A DNA stretch of 16,281 nt, from positions 1 through 16,281 of the forward strand of contig CAZMIT010000032.1 in assembly GCA_964566495.1 (NCBI GenBank). Reading direction: 5' to 3'. Made by a program: the position numbers and the translations under genes. Every line of letters begins with the position of its first letter. Position 1 is the stretch's first letter. This DNA comes from an uncultured bacterium. Lineage in GTDB: Bacteria; T1Sed10-126. Below are positions 6,532 to 14,889 of the stretch, in pieces. The notes below the pieces were generated by a model. That model made no database searches and was not told the DNA's origin. It was given only the letters and a program-made list of their open reading frames with translations.

Positions 6532-7497
6532 TCATGAATTTGAAGCAAAATTAAAAATACGTGAAAAAAACCCTTTGACGCCGCGGGGCTTCTGCTTCTG
6601 CGCGCTGCCCAGCAAGCGTCCGGCGAGGTGATTTATGCAACCAGCCGCCCGGCTTTCCGGATATTCAAGATAAAATGGCGCCCGGCTGCGAACAGCACTC
6701 GCAACCGCCCTGTCTTCCAGCACATAGCCCAGAACATCAAGTGGAAAGTTAAGAAAATCACCACTAACTCGTTTCATTTTTTTACCGACCTCTCGTCCCT
6801 CTTTGATACTATGAGCCCGGTTGACAACGAGATTGAAGCCAGGTTTATACCCCCGGCGTAGAGCAGCTTTAACAACCGCGTAAGCGTCAGTTATAGCTGT
6901 CGGCTCCGGAGTAGTAACGAGTAAGTTCTGATCAGAGGCGCAGACAAACTGCATAACTACTTCTGAAATTCCGGCGGCCGTATCAACAATGACCACATCG
7001 ACAAGTTTATCGAGTTGTTCTAATTTTTCAAGGAAAAGATTACACTCATGACGCGATAAGTTGGCTAACTCTTCCTCCCCTGAGGCTCCTGCAATCACCT
7101 GTATATCACCGGGCCCCTGGACAATTATATCAGAAATTTCTTTTTTTCCCTCAAAGACATGGAGTAGATTATGAGGTGGTGTAACGTCTGTAATGACGTT
7201 AACATTGGCCAGACCGAGGTCCATGTCAACAACAGCAACATCTTTTCCCTCGGCGGCCAAAGCTATGCCCAAATTGACAGAGACGTTACTTTTGCCAACC
7301 CCTCCCTTGCCGCTTGTAACCGCAATCACTTCAGCCGGTCTATAGCCACGACTCGAATCCCGTGAGTCAGCGGAATCAACCTCAGGAGTAAGACCGTAAT
7401 TACCGGCAGCTTCCCCCTGGTCAGACAGCGTAGCTACTGAGGAAGTGGACTGCCGCTGATCCATCATTTTACGCAGTTCTGCAGCCTGGTCGCCCAT
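6532..7497 (-). CDS. flhG: MinD-like flagellar number regulator FlhG (FleN/YlxH)
   Basis: N-terminal DQAAELR activator motif, deviant Walker A SGKGGVGKS, DMDLGLAN, DTAAG, TTPEPTAITDAY, and C-terminal amphipathic KGFFSRIFNF. Directly follows flhF. Confidence 0.94.
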   Translation of the reverse strand: MGDQAAELRKMMDQRQSTSSVATLSDQGEAAGNYGLTPEVDSADSRDSSRGYRPAEVIAVTSGKGGVGKSNVSVNLGIALAAEGKDVAVVDMDLGLANVNVITDVTPPHNLLHVFEGKKEISDIIVQGPGDIQVIAGASGEEELANLSRHECNLFLEKLEQLDKLVDVVIVDTAAGISEVVMQFVCASDQNLLVTTPEPTAITDAYAVVKAALRRGYKPGFNLVVNRAHSIKEGREVGKKMKRVSGDFLNFPLDVLGYVLEDRAVASAVRSRAPFYLEYPESRAAGCINHLAGRLLGSAQKQKPRGVKGFFSRIFNFASNS

Positions 7498-8843
7498 CAG
7501 ACATCACCCTCTAACAAATAGTCGGTAACCGACTGAGAGTCGGCAATTAAGAGGTCGTTGGGAACATCCTGGCCATCAGTCAGGTGAGAAATAGGTTTAT
7601 TAGCCTGTTTGACAAGGTTATAAAGCAGACCATAATTACGAGTTTCGTCCAACTTAGTGACAATTAAACGATCGTAGCCAATTTTTTCAAACCCCTGGAG
7701 AACACTTTCCATCTCCTTCTGACGGGCGGTAGCGGATAACACAAGATGACTTATACAGTCGAAATCACCTTCAAAAAGCCCCTCAAGGTTCTCGAGTTTT
7801 TTTTCATCGAACTGGCTGTGTCCGGCCGTATCTACAAAAATCAACTCAGTTCCCTGGCGTTCTAATTCGTTGACAGCACTGGGAAACTCGTCGTAATTTT
7901 CAATATCAAGCATGGGCACATCCAGAATATCAGCATAGCAACGTAACTGATCTACGGCAGCCAGTCTATAGATATCCAGGGAAATGAAACCAACTTTCTT
8001 GTCCTCAAGCAATTTTTGAGCAGCCAGTTTGGCCAGAGTAGTCGTCTTGCCAACACCGGTCGGCCCAATAAACGGGAGGACAAGCGGACTACTTTTAGAT
8101 TGAATAGAGCCGGCTGTTTGAAAATCATCCTCCATAACTTCTCGAACTCTCTCTCTTACTACAGCTGGTTGATCAATTTCATGTGGTTCAAGTATTCTAC
8201 GCAAGCGCCCAATCAACCGGCGGGCCAGTTTATTCTGCATCCCCTGCTCCACAAAGTCTACATAGAGATCGGAAAGGTAACCCGGATAATCCGGCGCCGA
8301 CTCAGTATCTTTTGAATCCGTCTCAATTTTTTCAGTCAGGGCGTCAATTTTTTCCTGGAGCAGATCCGTCTTATCGACCAGACCGGCAATATCGTTGTTA
8401 ACATCTCCCTCGTTCAGAGGCGACTTACTTTCTGCCGGCGAATTAGACTTATTTTTATATGGCATATTCTTTGAATAAGTGCTATCACTATCAGACTTCT
8501 CCTTACCGGTCTTCTGATTGATCATTCTAATGGCGTGGTCACGAGCTGAAAACTGGGGTTTGTTGTCCTCGTTCAAAATCCACTCGTGTCTATCCCCTCT
8601 CACACTTGTAGCTGATGAGCTGTTACTCGCATCAACCGATCCATTACCTGAAAAATCTTCAGGTGACGAGCCATTGTCGGGAACCCAGGCGTCAACTTCC
8701 ACCTTAGTGCCACCGAAAAGGCCGAGAAACCCTTCTTTAACCTCCCTTGTATCCGCTATTTTTGCGTTTTCGCCCAGGTCAAGTTTGACCTGCAGGAAGG
8801 CCTCTTTTAGATTATCAGCGCGATAAGTTTTACATTTTCCCAT
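7497..8843 (-). CDS. flhF: Flagellar SRP-type GTPase FlhF
   Basis: N-terminal KTYRA...VKLDLGENAKI..TREVKEGFLGLFG; GPTGVGKTTTLAKLAA, DTAG, TKLDET, GQDVPNDL. Confidence 0.95.
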   Translation of the reverse strand: MGKCKTYRADNLKEAFLQVKLDLGENAKIADTREVKEGFLGLFGGTKVEVDAWVPDNGSSPEDFSGNGSVDASNSSSATSVRGDRHEWILNEDNKPQFSARDHAIRMINQKTGKEKSDSDSTYSKNMPYKNKSNSPAESKSPLNEGDVNNDIAGLVDKTDLLQEKIDALTEKIETDSKDTESAPDYPGYLSDLYVDFVEQGMQNKLARRLIGRLRRILEPHEIDQPAVVRERVREVMEDDFQTAGSIQSKSSPLVLPFIGPTGVGKTTTLAKLAAQKLLEDKKVGFISLDIYRLAAVDQLRCYADILDVPMLDIENYDEFPSAVNELERQGTELIFVDTAGHSQFDEKKLENLEGLFEGDFDCISHLVLSATARQKEMESVLQGFEKIGYDRLIVTKLDETRNYGLLYNLVKQANKPISHLTDGQDVPNDLLIADSQSVTDYLLEGDV

Positions 8844-8879
8844 CCAAATTCACCTCAAGAAACATATTTTTGTGCAAAT

Positions 8880-10970
8880 TTACTGAGTTTGAGCTACAAA
8901 CTGTGATCCCAACTGAGCCACAACTTCTATATTAGCGTCATCGGTCACCTCATTATAAGAAAGTACTGCCAGGTCCTGGACATGTCGTGATATATATTTA
9001 TAAAAGGGGCGGCGTAAAACAGCAGAAACCATCATTACCGGTTCAACCCCCCGTTCAGTTAATTTTTCAACCTGAGCCTCTATTTGTTCAGAAAGAGCCT
9101 GAGCGAGGTCAGGTTCAAGCGGCAGACCGTCGGTCGTATCATCCATGTTTTGCTGTAACATCTGCTCGAACTGGGGATCAAGTGCTATGACATTCAATCT
9201 CTCATCATCATCAGTGTGAGACCGGGTAATTTCCCGACCGAGGGCTATACGACAATATTCAGCCAGCATTTCCGGGTCACGGATCCCCTCCCGGATATGT
9301 TCCTCCATGGTTTCGACAATGGAAACAAGATTGCGAACCGATACACGCTCTTCCAGTAGTAGTTTGAGCACTTTCTGCAGGGTGCCCGGGTCCACCGGGT
9401 CCGGAATAACTTCCTGAACCAGGGCCGGATAATCCCTCTCCATTTGCTCAATCATGGTTTGCACCTGATCGCGACCCAGTATTTCGGGGGCGTTGTCTTT
9501 TATAACTTCGGTAATGTGAGTGGCTATAACGGACGAGGGATCAACCACGGTATAACCCGAGTGTTCCGCCTTTTCACGCTGATCTTCTCCAATCCAGGTG
9601 GCGGGGAAGCCAAAAGCGGGCTCAATAGTTGTTTCACCGCTCAGCTCCTCCGAGACATCGCCGGGATTCATAGCCAGGTACATGTCGGGATAAACGACGT
9701 CCCGGGCCACCTCTACGTTTCTGATCTTTATGACGTATTCATTTGGCTCAAGCTGCATATTGTCACGAATTCTAATTGGTGGAACAATCAATCCCATGTC
9801 CAGGGCCATCCGACGTCGAATAACAGTAATTCTTTCGAGGAGGTCTCCTCCCTGGTCGGGGTCGATGAGAGGAATTAATCCATAACCGGCTTCCAGTTCC
9901 ATGGGGTCAACGCGCAAAATTTGGGAGACGTCCTCCGGCTCCTCCTCTTCCGCTTCTGCTTCCGCCTCCTCACGCTCACGTTCTTCAGTTTCTACCGCCG
10001 CCTGTTGCATGTTATCAACAAGACGACCGAGGCCAACCAGGCAGCCACCAATAATAGTCATGGGCACAAATGGCAGCGGGGTGAGAGTGCCGAAAGTTAT
10101 GATCGTGCCGCCTGTAATGTAGAGTGCCTGAGGAAATTGAGTCAACTGACCGGCAAGCTGAACTCCCAGGTCCTCATCTTCAGTGGCATGGGTCACTATC
10201 ATACCGGCAGAAGTGGCAATCATAAGGGCGGGGATCTGGGCGGCGAGACCGTCACCAACGGTCAGTAACACATAGGTAGATATGGCATCTACAGGATCGA
10301 GTCCCTGTTGGAAGACGCCAATAGCCCAGCCCCCAAGACTGTTTACAATCAAAATAATTATACCGGCGGTAACGTTACCCTTCACGAATTTACTGGCACC
10401 ATCCATGGCCCCGTAGAAATCGGCTTCGTCGCGAAGCGCCTGCCGGCGCTCCTCTGCCTCACGTTTATCTATAACTCCGGCATTTAAATCGGCGTCAATA
10501 GCCATCTGCTTACCGGGCATGGCGTCCAGGGTAAAACGGGCGGCCACTTCTGAAATCCGGGTTGTCCCGCTGACAATAACCAAGTATTGAATAAGCATGA
10601 TTATAGCAAAAATTATGATACCGACGATAACGTTATCGCCAATGACAAAATCTCCAAAAGCAGTAATTACTCCCTCGACATAGGGAGCCCCACCCAGCAG
10701 AATATTTCGGGTAGTAGTAACGTTTAAGGCGAGCCCAAAGACGGTCTGAACAAGAAGCAGGCTGGGAAATACTGAAAAATCAAGCGCGTCCTTCATATAG
10801 GCGACTGTTAAAATAACTATGACGCCAAAACTAATATTCAAGACCATGAGCAGATTCATAAGGAAGGGGGGGACCGGCACAACAATCATGGTGACTACAG
10901 CGACGATACCGACGGGCAATATATACTCCGTCTGCGGGATAACGTCTACAATACTTTCTCTATCAGGCAA
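8880..10970 (-). CDS. flhA: Flagellar export gate protein FlhA
   Basis: FSVFPSLLL, RISEVAARFTLDAMPGKQMAIDADLNAG, EADFYGAMDGASKFVKG, LTVGDGL, IRIRDN, EPAFG, VLSYNEV. TTG start overlaps the end of flhB. Confidence 0.98.
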   Translation of the reverse strand: MPDRESIVDVIPQTEYILPVGIVAVVTMIVVPVPPFLMNLLMVLNISFGVIVILTVAYMKDALDFSVFPSLLLVQTVFGLALNVTTTRNILLGGAPYVEGVITAFGDFVIGDNVIVGIIIFAIIMLIQYLVIVSGTTRISEVAARFTLDAMPGKQMAIDADLNAGVIDKREAEERRQALRDEADFYGAMDGASKFVKGNVTAGIIILIVNSLGGWAIGVFQQGLDPVDAISTYVLLTVGDGLAAQIPALMIATSAGMIVTHATEDEDLGVQLAGQLTQFPQALYITGGTIITFGTLTPLPFVPMTIIGGCLVGLGRLVDNMQQAAVETEEREREEAEAEAEEEEPEDVSQILRVDPMELEAGYGLIPLIDPDQGGDLLERITVIRRRMALDMGLIVPPIRIRDNMQLEPNEYVIKIRNVEVARDVVYPDMYLAMNPGDVSEELSGETTIEPAFGFPATWIGEDQREKAEHSGYTVVDPSSVIATHITEVIKDNAPEILGRDQVQTMIEQMERDYPALVQEVIPDPVDPGTLQKVLKLLLEERVSVRNLVSIVETMEEHIREGIRDPEMLAEYCRIALGREITRSHTDDDERLNVIALDPQFEQMLQQNMDDTTDGLPLEPDLAQALSEQIEAQVEKLTERGVEPVMMVSAVLRRPFYKYISRHVQDLAVLSYNEVTDDANIEVVAQLGSQFVAQTQ

Positions 10971-12162
10971 TTTCTAATCCCTTCACTTTCTGTTCCAGGT
11001 TTGCTCGTTCCTGTCTGCTCACATTGTCACGATTAGTCTCCACCCAGGCCAAAACCGTTGCAACAGCGTCGTAGAGAGCCGAGGGAATAACCTGGTCAAT
11101 ATCGAGCTGATAAAGAGTGCGGGCCAGCAGTGGTATTTCATAGACCGGAACCCCGTGTTCACGTGCCAGCTGTTTTATTCGCTGGGCCAGCAAGTCCTTC
11201 CCTTTGGCCACGACTTTCGGTGCTTCCATGGCATGTTCGTCGTAAACAAGTGCAACGGCGTAATGAGTCGGGTTGGTGATAACCACGTCAGCCTCGGGAA
11301 CTTCCTCTTCAATTCGACGCTGAGCGTTTTCACGCATCTTTTCCTTCTGCTTCTTTTTAACCTCCGGGTCTCCCTCCTGTTGTTTACGCTCATCATCTTT
11401 CTGCTGCGGGGTCATCTTCAAGTTCTCTTCATGCTGATACTTTTGAAAAGCCCAGTCAATCGGTGACAGAATCAGAAGGATAATTATAGTTTTATAGATA
11501 ATTTCAAAAGCTAACTCAAGAACAAATAAAATCCCCTCAAAAAGCTCAACATCTACCAGGAGAATAATACCGTGGAACTCAGAATAAATAACCTCCAGAG
11601 CAACAATTCCCACGGCCACAAGCTTGACCACAGACATCATCAAATCCCAGGCGATCTCCTTGGAAAGTGTGAGCTTCTCAAGTATCTGTGAACCGGAGAA
11701 CTTCAAATTTGATAGATCCAATTTAAGTGGTTCAGCAGTGAACAGAAAACCAACCTGGGAAACGTGACCGGCAAGACCGGCAAAAAAAGCGGCTGATGTG
11801 ACCGGGGCAACTATACGAATCACTGTCCACATGATTGTGCGAAAAATATCAGTAATATTCCCCTGGTTTATATCGCTGAACTGCTCCATGCTCATCATCT
11901 CTTCAGCAAAATGGAGGGTTTCCCAGAGCATGTAGGAGCCAAAAATCCAGATAATTAGAAAACCTGCTCCCATCACCAGAGCCCCTGACAACTCCTCCGT
12001 CCGGGGAATTTGTCCCTCCTGTCGCGCCTCGTCTCGCCGCTTATCGGTAGGATCTTCAGTTCGTCCCTCGTCTTCAGCCGAGGCAAAAAACTGCAGGTCA
12101 AGCGAATGCTCAACCAGAGCTCCAAATTCCTGCTCGGGCTCCAGTATCACTTTGGAATTCAT
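10963..12162 (-). CDS. flhB: Flagellar export substrate-specificity switch FlhB
   Basis: LQFFA..EDEGRTEDPT..R...AR.EGQIPR, four hydrophobic segments, LKMT...K..EGDPEVK, VVITNPTHYAVAL autocleavage motif, APKVVAKG. I place the start at ATG 12162, 1 bp after the fliR stop, rather than at the ORF-track start of 12234. Confidence 0.95.
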   Translation of the reverse strand: MNSKVILEPEQEFGALVEHSLDLQFFASAEDEGRTEDPTDKRRDEARQEGQIPRTEELSGALVMGAGFLIIWIFGSYMLWETLHFAEEMMSMEQFSDINQGNITDIFRTIMWTVIRIVAPVTSAAFFAGLAGHVSQVGFLFTAEPLKLDLSNLKFSGSQILEKLTLSKEIAWDLMMSVVKLVAVGIVALEVIYSEFHGIILLVDVELFEGILFVLELAFEIIYKTIIILLILSPIDWAFQKYQHEENLKMTPQQKDDERKQQEGDPEVKKKQKEKMRENAQRRIEEEVPEADVVITNPTHYAVALVYDEHAMEAPKVVAKGKDLLAQRIKQLAREHGVPVYEIPLLARTLYQLDIDQVIPSALYDAVATVLAWVETNRDNVSRQERANLEQKVKGLEIA

Positions 12163-12163
12163 C

Positions 12164-12952
12164 TCAACCGCCCCCCATCGCCCGGAGCAAAGGACCGACA
12201 CTTTCGAACGTGTCCTGGAACAAACCGACAGCAACGTGCATAAATATTGGCATAAGCATGATGAAAGTGAACTCGCCGACTAAAACTTTCAATCCAAACC
12301 CCATGACCATAACATTCATCTGGGGCACAAGCCGGGACAACAAGCCCAGGGACATCGTCATTAAAAAAACAATACCAATCAAAGGCAGTCCTATAAGAAA
12401 ACCGTAGTGAAAGGCTCTCTCAAACGTCTGGATAATAGCATTTTTTACGGGGTGTAGATCAATCGAATAAACAACTGGGACAAGGTCATAGCTACGTAAC
12501 ACAGCTTGAAGAACAAAGTGGTGACCATTTAGATAAATAAAGACACAAGAAACAAGTAAATCTTTCAACTGAGAAATTATAGGAATGCTAGCCTCCGCCA
12601 GCGGATCAAATACGTTAATAATCCCAAACCCCATCTGGATGCTGTAAAATTGGCCGGAAACCTGAAAAAGAGTGATCACCATCAATACGAAAAAACCAAT
12701 AGTAAAACCAACAAAAAACTCCCCGGCGCCAATAACAACCAACTCCGGCAAACTCCCGGGGGCAGGCACAACTCCCCGGGCCGCAAGGTTGGGGAAGGTT
12801 AGTAAAGCGACCAGCAGAATTATGATCGCCTTTATTTTCCCGGAAATTACCCCGGCACTGAGGACGGGAGTAGCTACAAATATCCCTGAAAGCCTCATTA
12901 AAACAGCTAAAAATTCACCAAAATGGTTGAATAGAAATTGTATACCATCCAT
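12164..12952 (-). CDS. fliR: Flagellar export protein FliR
   Basis: Highly hydrophobic; RLSG...P, GEFFVG, GQFYSIQMGFG...FDP, NGHH, GLLSRLVPQMNV...GFGLK. Lies between fliQ and flhB. Confidence 0.95.
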   Translation of the reverse strand: MDGIQFLFNHFGEFLAVLMRLSGIFVATPVLSAGVISGKIKAIIILLVALLTFPNLAARGVVPAPGSLPELVVIGAGEFFVGFTIGFFVLMVITLFQVSGQFYSIQMGFGIINVFDPLAEASIPIISQLKDLLVSCVFIYLNGHHFVLQAVLRSYDLVPVVYSIDLHPVKNAIIQTFERAFHYGFLIGLPLIGIVFLMTMSLGLLSRLVPQMNVMVMGFGLKVLVGEFTFIMLMPIFMHVAVGLFQDTFESVGPLLRAMGGG

Positions 12953-12955
12953 TGG

Positions 12956-13228
12956 TCAGGGAGCACCCACGTGAACTAAAAATTCCCACAATTCAAGCGT
13001 GAAGGACATCAGCCTTTCAATTAACCAGTGACCGCCAAAAAATAGAACCATAATCAATGAAGCTACTTTCGGTGCAAAAGTTAGCGTCTGTTCCTGGATC
13101 TGAGTCGCAGTCTGAAATACACTAATTATGAGTCCAACCACCATTCCGGCTCCCAGCAGGGGGAGTGAAATAGTTAACGCGTTATAAAGAGCGATTTGAC
13201 CGATATGCACCGCAAGTTCAGGTTCCAC
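12956..13228 (-). CDS. fliQ: Flagellar export protein FliQ
   Basis: PLLGAGMVVGLIISVFQTATQIQEQTLTFAPK. GTG start with AAGGAG SD. Confidence 0.97.
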   Translation of the reverse strand: MEPELAVHIGQIALYNALTISLPLLGAGMVVGLIISVFQTATQIQEQTLTFAPKVASLIMVLFFGGHWLIERLMSFTLELWEFLVHVGAP

Positions 13229-13241
13229 CTGCTATCACTCC

Positions 13242-14021
13242 TTAAACCCCATAGGTCTGGATAACGGCATCGGCGACAATAGTCCAACCATCCACCAGTA
13301 CAAAAAGCATAATTTTAAAAGGCAGTGATATCATAACCGGAGGCAGCATCATCATACCCATCGACATGAGAACGCTGGCGGTAACCATGTCTATCACCAC
13401 AAAGGGGATAAAGAGCAAAACCCCCATAACAAATCCGCGCGAAAGTTCCGAAAGCATAAAGGCTGGAATAATCACCCAGATCGGCACGTCATCGCGCGTC
13501 TCTGGTTTGGGCAGGTCGCTGGCGCTCATAAAAAATGCCAGGTCTTTTTCCTGTGTGTTTTGCATCATAAAAGCCCGCAGTGGGACTGCCGCTTGATTCA
13601 GAGCTTCCATCTGTCCAATTTCTCCGGCCAGGTAGGGCTGAAAAGCACGGTCGTTCATCTCGGCGATGGTCGGAGCCATGATGAAGAATGTCATGAATAT
13701 TGCCAGGCTGACAATCACCTGGCGGGGCGGCATTTGCTGAAGCGAGAGAGCCCGACCGACAAAGGTAAGTACAATAATAATCCTGGTAAAGCTGGTAACC
13801 ATCAGCATTATGCCCGGGGCAAGAGCCAAAATGGTTATAAGAAAGATCAACTGCATGGCGAGGGTCATATCGCCGTCCTCCTCGCCGCCTTCAAGTCCAA
13901 TTTCAAGGCTGGGCAGATCAAAGCCCAGGTCATCCATTTCCTGGGCACGAAGCGAACGTGCTGGTGTAAAGAGGAGTGAGAAAACTATTATAAGAACGAG
14001 TAAAATCGCCGTCTTCCTCAT
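13242..14021 (-). CDS. fliP: Flagellar export pore protein FliP
   Basis: Signal-peptide-like N-terminus; TSFTRIIIVL, QQMPP, IPAFMLSEL, FIPFVVIDMVTASVLMSMGMMMLPPVMISLPFKIMLFVLVDGW. Confidence 0.98.
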   Translation of the reverse strand: MRKTAILLVLIIVFSLLFTPARSLRAQEMDDLGFDLPSLEIGLEGGEEDGDMTLAMQLIFLITILALAPGIMLMVTSFTRIIIVLTFVGRALSLQQMPPRQVIVSLAIFMTFFIMAPTIAEMNDRAFQPYLAGEIGQMEALNQAAVPLRAFMMQNTQEKDLAFFMSASDLPKPETRDDVPIWVIIPAFMLSELSRGFVMGVLLFIPFVVIDMVTASVLMSMGMMMLPPVMISLPFKIMLFVLVDGWTIVADAVIQTYGV

Positions 14022-14656
14022 CCCCCTACTTCCCCCTGTCCCTTCATTTCTTGTAATTTTTGTTTCAACGTGTCCATGTCCTGTTGTTCTTCTTGCCGGC
14101 GAAACGAGTGATCGGCACCACCAAGAAAACGCTGCAGCAGATCACTAAAGTCGGACTCTTCCTGTTCCTTGTCCGAAGCCTCGTTTTGTAATTTTAACTC
14201 CTGGATCACATCCGGATCAGTTATTTCACAAATTTTGTTAATTGAATCTCCGGTCACTCCGATAACTACAAATTTTTTCCCGATCTGGGTTATACGAAGG
14301 AATTGGTCGCGACTGAGGGGTAGAGTCGAGTGGACCTTCATAAACTGGTTGGAGGAGTTGCCTATCCCGGAATTCTTCAAAAATTTTCCAAGTCCCCAGA
14401 TGCTAAGCACCACAATTCCCAGGCCCCCGGCAAGCTTTAATAAAAACCAGTAGAATCCCTCGCCTGTAGTGGAAGCACTGAAATCTTCGTCCCCTAACTC
14501 AGTCGGGGATTCCGGTTCTTCCTCTAATTCTTCAAATGGTTCGGATAAAAATTGGTCGGAACTATAATCTTCCGCGTGGAGTGAGGGGGAAAGAAAAACT
14601 AAGAGTAAAAAAACAAGAGACAGGCATAGTACAGTGGACCGAGCCCCGGAACGCAT
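14018..14656 (-). CDS. fliO: Flagellar export chaperone FliO (Bacillus FliZ type)
   Basis: Signal-peptide-like N-terminus, acidic spacer, one TM helix, then MKVHSTLPLSRDQFLRITQIGKKFVVIGVTGDSINKICEI (FliO beta domain). Overlaps the fliP start; GGGGAG SD. Confidence 0.88.
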   Translation of the reverse strand: MRSGARSTVLCLSLVFLLLVFLSPSLHAEDYSSDQFLSEPFEELEEEPESPTELGDEDFSASTTGEGFYWFLLKLAGGLGIVVLSIWGLGKFLKNSGIGNSSNQFMKVHSTLPLSRDQFLRITQIGKKFVVIGVTGDSINKICEITDPDVIQELKLQNEASDKEQEESDFSDLLQRFLGGADHSFRRQEEQQDMDTLKQKLQEMKGQGEVGG

Positions 14657-14736
14657 TCAAGACTCCCCTTTCCATTCACAATCATTTGTGGCACATAAAC
14701 AACTAAGCAGACACGATTCCCATTCGAGCCTTTTTA

Positions 14737-14764
14737 ACTATAGCACTTATTAAGGATAATACAA
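14737..14764 (-). promoter_or_regulatory. Candidate internal sigma-70 promoter for fliO and downstream export genes
   Basis: Minus strand reads TTGTAT (14764-14759), 16 bp, TATAGT (14742-14737) with an extended TGn and an AT-rich upstream tract, inside the 233-bp fliY-fliO gap. Confidence 0.5.
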
Positions 14765-14889
14765 GAGGAAAGATATTTCAAATAAAAAATTTCGGAAATC
14801 AGAACCGACCGACACCATACTGCACTTGAGCCGATATCGACAATGAGGGGTCCTATGTTCGGGTCAGGGAATGTTTTTTGTAGTAGTTA

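Noticed and set aside
12163..12234. Longer FlhB start at 12234 from the ORF track
   Set aside because: It would overlap fliR by 71 bp and add an implausible peptide. ATG 12162 sits right after the fliR stop.
14830..14837. GCCGATAT as a sigma-28 -10 element
   Set aside because: It is on the plus strand, opposite to all genes, and has no TAAA -35 at the expected spacing.
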